A stretch of DNA of 64,000 nucleotides, from the NCBI GenBank assembly GCA_951406725.2, contig OX597826.1, positions 5,394,001 to 5,458,000 of the forward strand, written 5' to 3'. The stretch comes from Octopus vulgaris (lineage: Eukaryota). Shown here piece after piece: positions 40,543-55,290 of the stretch (position 1 is its first letter; each line of letters opens with the position of its first letter). The position numbers were made by a program, and so were the translations under genes. A model generated the notes under the pieces. That model did no database searches and was not told the DNA's origin. It saw only the letters and a list, made by a program, of their open reading frames with translations.

Positions 40543-41139
40543 ATGGCCTGTTGCAGTACCAGGCAGTGGCTCTCATGGCTTCTGATAGTATCAGTCTATT
40601 AAATATAAGCGGAAGATATATGGAGGTATGTGATGTAAGCGAATGGAGCACAATAGCTATTGAGATGAGTATTTCCTGCAAGATATATCTATTCGTATGA
40701 ATGCAAGTTGTATACTTGTAGAAGCTGGCCCTTCCGATGAGGTCACTCTCGGATAATGTTTGTCTTTTGGGTAATATAGCATCTGGGCTTACCTTCATCA
40801 CATGGTCTTTCGTGTCTACTTTAAGTGGGTGAAATTTGAAGACGGCGTTTTACCCATAACTTTTTGCGATCGTATCCATACCTATTCTTTCATGACTGTT
40901 CACATTATAGACGGTTATTTATGAAGAGGACAAATAAACACTGACCTTTATCCAACAAGAAGCGGGGAAATCAAAAAAACGAAGCAGAATACGGATAAAT
41001 CACATGGCTACATGTTCTTTTTTTTTCAGAAAAGAAGGAAATATAAGGGACAGTAATGAATAAGAATTGCACTAAAATAATTAGATTAAAAAATTAAATA
41101 TTATCTTCAATTTACCGTGGCAGCCTGGAAAGTATGTTT

Positions 41140-41859
<720 letters not shown>

Positions 41860-41930
41860 TATATACATACATATGTATATATATACATGTATACATATAT
41901 ATACATACATATTGATGTACACACACACAG

Positions 41931-42061
<131 letters not shown>

Positions 42062-42714
42062 ATATATTTATATATATATATATACATGCCGTTATGGGAT
42101 GAAGACAACGCCCAAATCATTTGAAAGCTCTAATATATTAGCCACAGTATCCCCCCCACCAGTTAAATAAGACTACTGGGGTTTAGATTCTTTTAAAAGC
42201 GTTGAATCCATTTCAAGCCTCCAGACTCGATATACTATTCTAATGTGTACCTGTGTGTGTGTTGTTTTTTTTATCTACAGAAATTGATATATGCATGTAC
42301 CGGCATGTAACTAGTCAGAGGAATCGTGAAATGTTCAGTTATTATGGATCATCTCATGGCTAGCGTAAATTACAAGCAGGCAAACAACCGCGGGGTAACA
42401 CACACGGCTATTTGAAGTTTAGAAATCACTAAATTGTAATCGACAGGTTCCTTAGAGTGAGTTGAAGTTTTTAAAGTGATATTCAAATTAATAAGGTTAT
42501 GACCTGACATACTAGGTGACATTAAAATAGTTTGCTATAATGCCAAGAAATGATATGATAATTACTTGGTCCTGGAGTTGTGCGTTAGAATGCAATTCCA
42601 AATACGAAATGCAATGGTGTACTGTCTTCAGAAACTGTAACTTACTACGAATTTAAAATAGATGTTAAACTGATCCGAAAGTATATGACAGATCAAATAC
42701 AGACGTTAAAATAT

Positions 42715-43660
42715 GCTATATTAAAATTGGGCACTCTGACCTCAAAGACTGATCACACACCTGTCGACCAACTGAGTTCGATAAAGAGCAACTGAATCAA
42801 GTTCTTCATGAAAATCCACATCAAACGACTAGAGAATTAGCGGAAGAGATGGCTTGTGATAAAAAAAGGTTCTGGTGAACCACCTACACTCAACAGACAA
42901 GGTTCAGAAATATGGCGCTTGGGTGCCACACACTTTGAGCGAAAACAACAAATGTCAGCGCTCCACAATCTCCGCCTGTTTGCTCGCTCGATATCGCTCA
43001 GCCAATAGTCACAAACAGCGTTTTCTTCACTGCACTGTCACTGGCGATGAAAAATATTGCCTTTACGTCAATATAAAGCAGTGAAAAGAATGTCTCAGCC
43101 CTGAAAAACTAGCGACTACCCAGCGAAACAAGACCTTCATCCTAGAAGTATCACCGTAATTCCTTACGAACTACTTAAGTGCAAACAAACACCAAATGTG
43201 GAGCGCTACCTTCAACTACTGCACTGACTTCTAAAACGAAGCGATTCAGCAAAAAAGACCGAATTGACGAAATGGCTTTCTTCTGCAACACGGAAACGCC
43301 CGTCCTTACATCGCCAGCATGACCAAAGCCACGATTCAAGAACTCAAATGGGAAAGGCTGCTTCATCCTCCATACTCTCCAGACGTGGCGCCATAAAGTT
43401 TTCTTTCTTCTCTTTCGTCCACTTTTGAACGTTTTGCGCGGTGCATCGTTCAATAATAAAGTGCAATTGAGGGTTTGGTTAGACGAATTCTTTGAGTAAA
43501 GACCGGCAGATTTCTATCGCCGAGGAATCGACAAAGTTACTGAACGCCAGGAGGACGTCGTAGACAACAACGGAGAGCATGTTATTGATTATTTTGTTTT
43601 AGTTTTGGTGTCTCAAATAATTTTTTTTTAAATGCTTATGATTTATTCCTCATCCCAATC
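42715..43660 (+). mobile_element. Decayed mariner transposase
   Basis: ENPHQTTRELA, GAWVPHTLSE, VTGDEKYCLY, QHGNARPY, HPPYSPDVAP and FYRRGIDK..DNNGEHV, with stops, frameshifts and an internal deletion. Confidence 0.92.
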
Positions 43661-43753
43661 GATATATATGCTCATAAATACGTACCTATATGCAAATATA
43701 AGAATATATATATACATATAAGAATATATATATATATGTGTGTGTGTGTGTGC

Positions 43754-44090
43754 TTACTCTCTCTTTTACTCTTTTACTTGTTTCAGTCATTTGACTGCGG
43801 CCATGCTGGAGCACCACATTTAGTCGAGCAAATCGACCCCGGGACTTATTCTTTGTAAACACAGTACTTATCATATCGGTCTCTTTTGCCGAACCACTAA
43901 GTGACGGGGACGTAAACACACCAGCATCGGTTGTCAAGCAATGCTAGGGGGACAAACACACACACATACACACATATATATATGGTCGGCCCGGGGCTAT
44001 AGTAGACACTTGCCCAAGATTCCACGCAGTGGGACTGAACCCGGAACCATGTGGTTGGTTAGCAAGCTACTTACCACACAGCCACTCCTG
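43754..44090 (-). mobile_element. SINE family 2 copy (internal deletion)
   Basis: Near-identical to 48003-48423. Confidence 0.9.
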
Positions 44091-44284
44091 CTTATATATT
44101 ATATTATTTATGAATATGTGTATACATCTATACATACGCACATATGCCTTGCCTATGTGTGTATATGGTCATGCGTTTCCGTCTTCTTTTATGTATGTGT
44201 ATATATGTGTGTGTGCTTGTCTGTCCGTGTTACCTATGTACCTCTCTGTCTATTTATCAGTTTACTTACAATTCCATTTACCTA

Positions 44285-44349
<65 letters not shown>

Positions 44350-44421
44350 GTGAACATAACAGCCTACTAACAAATCTACCTGTTTATGTATATACTGTGG
44401 GTATTGGGGTATCTCTGCCTT

Positions 44422-45055
44422 AGTACTGGGGATGTTTCATTTGTGAAGACGTACTCCCGTATTTTTATTGTTGGGTCCTTCGGGTGCCTGGATTAAATGC
44501 GGATATCAAGTCGATTCAGTGTGTCTCCTCGTTGGTGTTTGGCATGTTGGTACAGTATGGAGGACTCTTCTTTGTCGTCAAACTGCCTCAAAGGACCTTT
44601 TAGTCTTTCCGTAATGCTTTCAGATATCTTACGAATGTATGTCATGTTCTTGTCGTTACTAGTACCCTCTATGTACCTTATAGATTACATTTCTAGTTCT
44701 ACAGTTATGTAGTTCTCATTTGTACAAGCAGTTTCTCAAGGGATTACATCCTACATAATTGTGATCTGTTTTGTTGACCTCCTTCAGAGCTTTCCCAAAT
44801 CTTCGGGCTAGTTCTCCATGGGCTGAGACCTCTACAAACATCACTCCTTGATATTTATTGGCTTTGTACCATGTGTTCACCCTGTTTGCTTTGTCACAAT
44901 CTCTCTCTATGCTATTCCAGTCTTTACTTGTGTATTTAGGGCAGGTTTCATTGCATATAGTACTACATAACTTCTGTCTAGCTCCCTTGTATACTTGAAT
45001 CTTATCTTTCTGGTCATATCCAGAGAACTGTCGCGGTGCATGAGGGGCCTGAAGC
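44422..45055 (-). mobile_element. Decayed Penelope-like element ORF C-terminus (thumb/linker and GIY-YIG endonuclease region), between (TA)n tracts
   Basis: Minus strand: MHRxQFSGYDQKDKIQVYKGA, PKYTSKDWNSIER..K..WYK, GVMFVEVSAHGELA, CRTRNVIYKV, TYIRKISESITER, ESSILYQHA, KDPTIK. Motif order matches PLE C-termini; the Neptune-like assignment is inferred. Confidence 0.75.
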
Positions 45056-45514
45056 GCATGCAGTTATATACATATATATATATATATATATACATACACA
45101 TGAATATATATATTCATACATATTAATCTCTCTCTCGCTCCCCCTCTCTCTCTTTCTCTCTCTCTCTCTATATATATATGAGTGTGTGTGTAAAAAGAGA
45201 TACATATAGAGATGTATAAAAGGTAAATGCGAGATTGTTCGGCGCTGTGTCAGCACCGAAGTAATGAATCGCACGTAATAACAAAATTATTATATATAGA
45301 AGAAATAAAATGCATAATCCCACATGGACGAAGAAAACGTTAAAAGAAAATGCTACATGTTTTGAGAGCAAGATATAAACAATTTTGATCTGCTGCTGGA
45401 TAATATATGCGGAACTGTCGATATTTCGATAAGGAAAATATACTCTCCTCGCAGCCCTCGTGTTCAAGTTCCACCAGAAGTCTCTTTTTTTTTCTCTCTG
45501 ACTCTTTTTTGTAT

Positions 45515-45660
45515 GACTCTTTCCTCCTCTATCAGCTCACCTGTAACGGACCGGCATCCTGTTCATGTGGGGAACCTATACGCCATTGAAACTGGGAAAC
45601 CGGCCCTTGTGAGCCAGGCATGGCTCGAGAAAGAACAAACAAAAACAATAACAACAACTT
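45515..45660 (+). mobile_element. 5'-truncated SINE tail type 1
   Basis: CAGCTCACCTGTAACGGACCGGC...GGGAAACCGGCCC..GAGCCAGGCATGGCTCGAGAA matches 4677-4775 and ends in (AAC)n. Confidence 0.85.
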
Positions 45661-45878
45661 CTATACTCAAACGCCGGTGAGTATATGCGCATGCATGCAG
45701 GCATGTATCTGTGAGTGTTTGTATGCACATGCGTGTACATGGGAAAATATTGGGTCAAATTAAAGACTACCTGAAGTAGAAATAGGTCTCTATACAACTT
45801 AAAAGTAAATGTAAAGCAAATAGTTTTATATTACGAATTAGAGAAAACGCGCTTCTCTTTGCTAAACTATTTAATCCG

Positions 45879-45962
<84 letters not shown>

Positions 45963-46871
45963 GATATATGTATGTATGTATATGTACATATATATTTATG
46001 TATAAATGCATATGCAGACGTATAAACATATACATATAAACACGCATATAAGCATACATATGTATATATTCCTATGCATGCACACACACATTTGTACGTA
46101 TACGTGCACACAGAAAAAAGTAGAGAGAGAGAGAGAGCGACGGAGAGAAGGAGAAGGGAAGGGAGTGAAAAAAGAGAAAAGTAAAAAAAAAAATAACAGA
46201 AAGATATTATATAGAAATTCATATCACTTCACAAAAATATATCATTTGGGAAGTTTTTCTCTGTTGGGAAAAAAAACGAATACAATGAATGGCAAGACAT
46301 CAATATCTTTGCTTTGTACATGTGATTCATTCTCAGACGTGCGCTTTGATGGACAATGAAAGCAGGGTCTCCAATGATACAATCAACGAAGACTTCAATA
46401 ATTTCCTAATGAGTATAAATGAGAATAACAAGCTATTATATACTTAAGCATACTAACAGTCGCATCATCAAAGACATTTTATATTCTTATTTTTTTCTTA
46501 TGTATCAATACACTATCAGTAGATTACAAAACAATATTTTGTTACACTGTTTATTTTAGATTGCTGGAAATATAAAATCTCATAGGTAAACCACAATTAC
46601 TATCTTCTCGCAATGAAATGCATTTAATTATTTATTCAAGAGATATGTGGAGAAAACCAAACAATATTACTGTATACTCACAGTCTATTAACGCTTTCGA
46701 AAAATATGTTTCAAGAAGAAAAGCTCAGTGTGATGCAATTTGTTCAGCTTGTAAAATATATACTAGGAACCGTGCGTGCGAAATGAACAGTCCCCACCAC
46801 GCACATACTCACACAAGCACACATACATAGCTATGCTTGTACGTGTATATATTTGTGTATTTGTGAGTGTG

Positions 46872-46911
<40 letters not shown>

Positions 46912-48002
46912 CGTATTTATATAGCTGTGTGTTTGTGTGTACTTTAGGATGTATTTATTGAAAAAATAGGTTGTAGTTACAATATCATATTACAAGATTT
47001 CCCTTCGGAATGTAACGTCACAAAATTATCTTTATATAAAATTTTATAACAAATACTTAAGACACGCACAGTAAGGCACTGTCACACACACACACATGCA
47101 CATAGTGACGCGTGTGCACAAAACACATATACTACACGCACATGTATATGTATATATATATATATACATATATGTATGTGTGAGTGTGTGTGTGTGTGTG
47201 TGTATACATACATATAAGTATTTGTAAGTATCGCTATGTATATTTGTATGTATAAGTAACAGTCATAAACTAAAAGATATGTATAAAACGTATGCTTGTT
47301 TTCCCATCACTATTTAAGCGCAAGAAGATCTATCGTATGTAATCACGATAGGGGATCTGTATGAAATTATTTTCATACATATATTATGGGAGTATTATGT
47401 TCTTATCGAAAGCTTTCTTAGTTACTTTGTTTTTGTCTGCTATCATGCTAAATAAATAAAAGTCGCTTCTGATAAACGAGAAATGATCAAAGATGTTTTA
47501 TACACTCACACACACGCATATATATACTGACTACCAGCAAATGAAAATACTAAGTATAAGGAAAGAGTGTATATAGTGTTAATAAGAAAAACCACAAGAA
47601 TTACATAAATAGGAAGTAAAAGACGAACATGCATCCATTGATATTAAAGGAAGGCATATGAGGAGGTTTAGCAATTGTGGTATAATCACGATGTGTATAT
47701 ATAATAAACGTGTTTAATGCTATTGTTACGTTAAAAATATCTTAACCTTGGGTGTAACGACCGAAGTGTTCCCGTCACCACCCCTATAGATATATTCGGT
47801 AAATTCTATGTTAAGCTGTTTGTAAATTTCAACGCCCTTTTAATCTGGTTGATATAAAAATAACAGAATATTTGATACATACACTAACTATTAATAACCT
47901 AATGTTAAAAATAGAAATATTTGATAAATAATCTACTGAAAACCTAATGCTAAATTTTAATACAAATACTACAAAAATGTCTGCACGTTTCTCTGAGTGA
48001 GT

Positions 48003-48423
48003 ACTCTCTTTACTCTTTACTCTTTTACTTGTTTCAGTCATTTGACTGCGGCCATGCTGGAGCACCACCTTTAGTCGAGAAAATCGATCCCAGGACTTAT
48101 TCTATGTAAGCCCAGTACTTATTCTATCGGTCTCTTTTGCCGAACCGCTAAGTGACGGGGACGTAAATACACCAGCATCGGTTGTCAAGCAATGCTAGGG
48201 GGACAAACACAAACACACAAACACACACACATACACACACATATATATATACATATATACAACATGCTTCTTTCAGTTTCCGTCTACCAAATCCACTCAC
48301 AAGGCATTGGTCGGCCCGGGGCTATAGTAGAAGACACTTGCCCAAGATGCCACGCAGTGGGACTGAACCCTGAACCATGTGGTTGGTTAGCAAACTACTT
48401 ACCACACAGCCACTCCTGCGCCT
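48003..48423 (-). mobile_element. Full-length SINE family 2 copy
   Basis: Reverse complement of the 7776-8178 family. Confidence 0.92.
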
Positions 48424-48673
48424 ATCAATTACAATTATCTCTTTTTCTTAAAGAAATTAAAATATTAGCAGTATTCGTTTTAAGCTCTATCATCTTTATT
48501 TTTATACAAATATATATTACCTGGTATTAATACAATATACTTGTCTTCTGCCCTTTTTCTCGTCAGATTTGAATTAGGGGAGGTTTTCAATGTTTTTTAA
48601 TGGCAGGGATGTTCCCACTTCATTGCCGTTCTGCTTTATATGCACTTTTTAATGAGAATGAAATCAAACCCAC

Positions 48674-49019
48674 CGTTATGTCGCACGTTCGGATGCCTCT
48701 ACTACTCTGTTCTAGTCAGGTTTGTTCTCATCTGGAGTTGCTGTTGCTGCCGCTCTTGTAGTTTTCCAACTGCTTTCAGTAACTCTTCGATTTCGGTACT
48801 ATTCGAAACCTCGTCGCCACTGTTATATCGCACTACTACACAGTGGATGTGTGAGCTACGAAATCCTTGTCACCACTGTTATGTCACACGTTCGGATGAC
48901 CTCTACTCAAATCGATTGTACTACTCTCTACTCTACCGACCTTCTCAACTGTTCTCTCTACTCTCTATATCTACGTATTGGGATGGCCTACTTCATCGTC
49001 TAGGGGCGTCCACACAACA
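48674..49019 (-). mobile_element. Internally deleted Gypsy-type LTR retroelement
   Basis: Minus strand: TG...CA LTR at 49019-48877, then PBS-like TGGTGACAAGG and TGGCGACGAGG (complementary to a tRNA-Ser 3' end), Gag-like EIEELLKAVGKLQERQQQQLQM, then a repeat of the LTR 3' end (about 48705-48674). Flanks CCCAC/ACCAC. Confidence 0.65.
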
Positions 49020-50636
49020 ACCACCCTGACTTATTTTCTTCCATCCTATCATTCACATTCATATTGAGTGCCATTACTTTTCCACTCTTTTCATACATCC
49101 AATCTTGTTTATACCATGCTGATTGCTGTCCCAATTATGCTCTCTTGAACATCCGCTCACAAAAAGTATCAGGCATATCATAACAAAAAACGACAACAAA
49201 AAAAAAAAAAACGGAAAGAATATACTAGAAATGCCGCCTGTGACTCCTGGATTAAATTATGTTCCAAAGGCATATCTTTCACTGTTAAATCGCGTTGACT
49301 ATTGGACAACCAATATTCTCAAGTACTGAAGAGTTTTCGAGCAATATGGTATTTAACGTAGAAATGGTTGGAAATTTTTACGTGACCGATTGAATATGAA
49401 CTTGTGAAATTTCCATTTTGTCTCCTTCTAAAGTACAAGTGTTATAACATAGAAAACTCGGTTAGGAAACATATTTAAAATTATTAATATTATTAATGAC
49501 AAAGTAAAAGAAGACAGCTTTAATATCAGAAGCCAGAGAACATACATGGATAGATTTCAACACATATATTTTCATTAAATATTATCCAATGAAAAATCTC
49601 GTAGTTAGCAGCCTACAGACATTTAAACAAAGATACAATATAAGTTAAGAAAATTTCTTTGTCTCTTATTGTGACTACATTCATATAATCCAAAAATGTT
49701 TTAAAACATGTAACACACATAATATGAGATGTCGTGTTCATTCATATATCAGTGTTATTGCTTCAGGTGAATTAAATTTCGTAAAAAAATTAAATAAATA
49801 AAATCCATACACAGAGTTCTACTTGGTAATTCTTCGGAAACTAACACGGTTGAAGAAATCAAGATGGCGAATTTGAAGATTTCTAGCTCATGCTGTTCAA
49901 ATCCTGCCGTGGTAACATTGCCCCTGATTCCTTTGGGTTAGATAAATAAAACGGTCTATTCTTTCGCTTGCTCGGACTTTTTAGAGGAATAAAACGACTC
50001 CAGCCACATTTAAATGCCCAAGACATGGCGCGTTTAATGACAGTACTCCTAAGAAAACAACATAAGTTATGAACCACAGGCACTTAAGGTGAAAATACGG
50101 CAACACAATTCAGAGCACAAGAAGTATTTTCTCGATAATGTCACAGCATAATTTGAACAATATAGACATAGGTTTAAGTGTGCTAGAATAAAAACTTTCG
50201 TTTGGAGAGAAAGGTAAATCTCATTGAGATTCTATTTCTCGAGCCAGAGGTCTAACATTTTTTACACCGACACGTTGTGCACTCCTAAATCTTTTAGTTG
50301 GTTATGAAATTCTATGAACTTAATTTCTTTATAGCCCCAAATTTCCTCAGCTTAATTTTCTGACAAACATTTTTCATTTTTTTTTTTTTTAGAGCGTTAA
50401 AGAATTAACATTCAATAAAAAAGAAATCGATTTGCATGTTTCTATTTCGATGTGATTTATCAGCATTTTATCGTCGCTGATTGTCAATATGTATCATCAC
50501 CCAATGATTGACGTATTGTGTGAAGACAATTGCAACAATTGATTGCCTTTATTACATTTCTACATGGGAGACCTGTTTAACATGTATAGCATGGATGTAT
50601 ATGTATCTTATCACACACACACACACATACACACAC

Positions 50637-50685
<49 letters not shown>

Positions 50686-50728
50686 CTGATATATATATGT
50701 ATGTATATGTGTGGGTGTGTATACATAC

Positions 50729-50836
<108 letters not shown>

Positions 50837-51914
50837 CATGTATGTATGTATTTATTCATGTATGAAGGCTGGAATACACATTCTTAACTTGCAGGTACGC
50901 ATATAGACACATATACACATTCACACACTTGTTTGTGTGTATGAGTGAGTGTGCATGCGTATTTGAGAGTGTGAGTGTGTTCGTACCTGTGCGCAGGTAT
51001 ATAACAGCATGTTTTATAGTTACATTTTGAGTGAATATATAATCATGACGGGCTTAACGTGAAATGGATGGCTGCACGCCAGGGAATACGAGATTCGAGA
51101 TCCAATACTAAGTCTAATTGAGACGATTCATCATTTTCTTCTACTTGCGAGTATTCGAACGGCTTCCTGTTGGCAAATCAGAACATCCAATGCGATGATT
51201 TAATCTAAACACACGGATCCTTATATTACGATTGTTGAAATAAATAATTTACTAAGAATTTAATATATTGCTCGAAAATATTAGTTACAAGGTTGATGAA
51301 ATTCCAGCAATGATCGAATTCTAGCCGCCATGTTGACCAATAAATTACCATTAAATCCTGCCGTAGAACCGCTAACACAATTGATCAAATTTCTTTCATG
51401 AGATTGCGTACTGTTATGTGCGTACTCTCTGTTCTCCTCTTTCTATTTCGTAAAATCTTAACATTTCAATACTGCTACACGTCTTTCTGCAACTCACGCA
51501 CCACAGCTCTATATTGTTCATGTCAACGAATAACGGCAACTGTATTAAGGTGTTCGCAATCTTTATGCCTGCAAGAAATAGTAACCAAATCTCTTTGAGA
51601 ACGTACCGCATCGTTCGAAAGAATTGTTGGCGATTTTGCATACGCCAGTTAAGAAAAGCACGTCGTCTGCAAGAAGTAACGAGACAAGGTCAAATCGTAT
51701 TTGAAACATAGCTTCATCGTTTTTCAGCATGACAAAGTGAAAGCTGTGATCTATTACTCTAATATACTTCTTGATATAATTCTATTAACATGTTTACTAG
51801 ACCATAGTACTGGGATGAGGAAGTAAAACGTAATCATATCGTCTCTGTCATGAGAGAGGGAGGTACATATAAACAGATAAAAAATACATTACGAACATCT
51901 AAACAGTTTATCAA

Positions 51915-51975
<61 letters not shown>

Positions 51976-51984
51976 TATACATAA

Positions 51985-52470
51985 CCGTCTGATATGAATC
52001 ACCTCAGACAAACCATTGAATTTGCTGGCACTGGCAGTTTGGAGATGGTTTGTCTGAGGTGATTCATATCAGACGGGTATGTTCAATTTTTTAGTGCTTT
52101 CAAATCCAAATTAAGAAATGTTGAGCTGACGAAAGAAATGTCGAGTTTTAATTCGACTAATCTAGAAACGTTAACGTTCTCAAATGATCTTTGTACATGT
52201 GATATTTTGCTGTTTTTTCTTCCATATCTACGTGAATTATTTTTGAGTAAACACTATCTGGGTGACTTTTCTTATAGTAGTAGAAATTGGCTAAAAAAAC
52301 TTTTTGGCTGCTATTTCTAAAAGTTTCAGTATGTGGTAAAGTAAATAATTTTACTGAGCCCTAATTATATAACGTAATATTTTGAATATACCTTGAATGG
52401 TCCTTTTACATACTGAACACTATTTGGTGAAATTAATTAATAATTAATTGATTTTACCCTTTTATTATTT
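51985..52470 (+). mobile_element. Hammerhead-bearing insert between (TA)n tracts with a 5' fold-back
   Basis: Perfect 32-bp inverted repeat 51985-52016/52045-52076 at the 5' junction. Hammerhead at 52121-52183. 3' end AATTGATTTTACCCTT then (TA)n. Confidence 0.75.
52121..52183 (+). ncRNA. Type I hammerhead ribozyme, intact core
   Basis: TTGAG CTGACGA [aAGA..GTCGAG ttttaa TTCGAC..TCTa] GAAA CGTTAACG TT CTCAA. Perfect 5-bp stem I and palindromic stem III. The basal pair of stem II is mismatched. Confidence 0.85.
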
Positions 52471-52660
52471 ATATATATATATATATATAAGAGTAAATAC
52501 TTTGCCAAATATCATTGGTCCACATTTTGGAAGCTGCGAGGAGACTATAGGGTAATATACAAGCCCTCAATCTTGAGTGCATTCCATCGTATCGCACAGT
52601 GTACCCAACCTGTGGTCCGCAAAGATCGTACTGACATCGCTGAACTAAATTCAAAATTTC

Positions 52661-52692
<32 letters not shown>

Positions 52693-52959
52693 GTATGTAT
52701 GTATATATGTATGTATAGATATATAAGGATAAGGGTATAAGGGGTCCGTGGGAAAACTCATTTAAAAAAGGCATCCTTGTTAGTGAGGAGGTTAGCAACC
52801 ACTGGTATAGTAGAATGACCTGTAAGATAGAGACGCCCATGACCTAATTTCTTATTCATTTGTCAATTCAATATCTTATTACTACTCTGTACTCATTAAT
52901 GTACACATTTCCCCACACTTAACTTTGTCCTATATCTGTTTACGCTGTAGGTGCTCTTA

Positions 52960-53800
52960 ATCGTTCGTTCCTGAATTTTTGTAAGGCTATATTTGATTGA
53001 ATGACGTTATAACACTTCCCTTATCTGGAATGTTATTAGCGTGGTTGATTAATATCATTTCATTGTTGACTGCTTGTGTCTCTTTCTTTTATGCGGATCT
53101 CATATCACTTAGTCCAGTACAGCCGTGCACATTTCATAGCTGCGATTCTATTTCTTTAGCATGGAAAGCATATAACTTGTTGCCACAAAGATATAAAAAA
53201 GGACGTTTGGTTCTCCTCAGTAAGCATTTGTATCCGAGTCTTGTCATGCGTAACATTTTGGTTAAGCGAATTAACGTTATGCTGAAAGGGACTGTGAGGT
53301 TGTTACTTGGAAGAGGCTTCTTTCAATGGAATTTGTTTTGTCTTTGTAATTCCTCTTGTTTATATGTATCACCAGCAGTATTTGTCATTTATTTAAGATT
53401 CATTCTATGTATCTACGCCATATTGGTGCTACATTACTCATAGATAATATTTCCAAAACTTCACATGTGGGAAACCCTGTGAAACGGTTTCATGAAATTA
53501 ATGCGTGGCAGGCTTCAGTAGACTTGTTTTTACTTGCATAGTCGTATGCTTTGATTTTATCCACCGATAATCCATCATTAGACGTTTATGAATGTTGCAG
53601 CATTTTGTCTGATTTTCACGAAAAGTTATTTTCTTCTTGCAGATATTTACTGAATCCCAACAATGTTATTGCAGTAAAGGATTTGTAAGATGCAAGACTA
53701 CAGGACATAGGTTTAATTCTGTTTTTTGCAATTTTCTGATGTTTTTCTCTCATTTTGGATGTGGAGAAGGCTTTGCTCTTAGTAAATCACCGAGAGATCG
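52960..53800 (-). mobile_element. Decayed R4/Dong-type RT region
   Basis: Minus-strand PMSCSLASYKSFTAI..KYLQEENN, INFMKPFHRVSH (IDYKKAFDxVxH-like), VLEILSMSNVAP, FSITLIRLTKMLR..GY, KLYA. Confidence 0.65.
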
Positions 53801-54484
53801 TTCCCGTGTCTCTCAGTATTCTAATAAATATTACAGGTAATATCTAACGTATCAAGTTAATATTTTAAAAGTAAATGTTGGTATAATATTATGTACTAGT
53901 GCCATCCGACGTTTTGTTCTTCGGTGCGGCTTAGAACATTATTCTCTAGTTATATACACTACAATTGTTATGTCTTTTAGTTACTTTGAAGAATCGTTTC
54001 TGTTAGGATTCCTACGCTACAACACACCTCTACACAATGTTACTCATACTAACATTTGTGCTGGATTAATTTGCATTTCAGTTTTTGATAAATCTGAGTT
54101 GTTTTGGAGGCAAAACCTTTTTGTTTTGTTAAGAGAATAGCTATTATTTTTTTTTACTGGTAGAAACATTCAAATTTTATGAAGAACTTTTATTCAAGGC
54201 ATTCTTTGATTTCGGGTATTTTATGTTATTGCTTATATTCTAGTAGTATTTTTCTCTCCATTTTCCAGTTTTGTCATTTCAATATTGATTTCATGAACGA
54301 AGAAGAGAAAAAAAATGTCACATGTTTTTTTTTTCTTTTTTATAAAAGTATGTTTGTTTTCCGTTTTGATGTTTTGATACTCATATTAATATATGGGTAG
54401 ATCTGAGACGAGTGCTTTCCATTGCGACTAAAGTCGCTGCTGCATATATTATTTTGTTTACTCCGCTGACTTTGATATCGCACT

Positions 54485-54485
54485 T

Positions 54486-54534
<49 letters not shown>

Positions 54535-54556
54535 AACAACAACAACAACAACAACA

Positions 54557-54602
<46 letters not shown>

Positions 54603-54710
54603 ATACTACTGCTGATGTTGCTGCTGCTGCTACTACTACTACTACCACTACTACTACTGCTTCTGCTACTGCTGCTACTAATACCACTACTACTACTACT
54701 GGTGCTGCTG

Positions 54711-54742
<32 letters not shown>

Positions 54743-54780
54743 GCTACTACTACTACTAATGCTACTACTACTACTACTGG
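54485..54780. repeat. (CTA)n/(CAA)n/(CTG)n microsatellite, possibly in a 5' UTR
   Basis: Visible repeat directly upstream of the candidate coding exon. Confidence 0.9.
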
Positions 54781-54791
54781 AGCTGATAGTG

Positions 54792-55036
54792 ATGGCGAGG
54801 ACAACGTCTACGAAGACGACCATCACCTCCAGCACTGCGACGACAACGACGACAACGACGACGACGATGACGACGACGGTGGCGGCGGTGACAACAACGA
54901 TGTCGAAGATGACGATGATGATGATGATGATGATGATGCTGATCCGACGCCTGCAGCTATTCTTCATTTGTGCTTCCTGTTTTATAACCTCTGGGAACGG
55001 GTCAAATCCAGTAATGTGGGTCCAAACAGGTCAAAA
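54792..55036 (+). CDS. Candidate first coding exon with signal-peptide-like segment (…MLIRRLQLFFICASCFITSGNGSNPVMWVQTGQ)
   Basis: Open frame ending at an AA|GTAAGT donor (phase 2). Basic-then-hydrophobic segment. The true start codon among several ATGs is uncertain. Confidence 0.45.
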
Positions 55037-55241
55037 GTAAGTATGGCAATGTGACTTCGCTGTATGCAAGATGGTTCTCATAAATGCTATGAAAAGCGTA
55101 TTCATTGATTTTGACTGAAAAGTAGCGTGTAAACCTTTCCATTGAATTTTACATGATTTTTGAAGCTTTAATTTTGACCATCAAGTGCTTCACCTGTTGA
55201 GTTCTTAGACTCATCTTCTTAATAACGCTGTTGCTTCCTTT

Positions 55242-55289
<48 letters not shown>

Positions 55290-55290
<1 letters not shown>

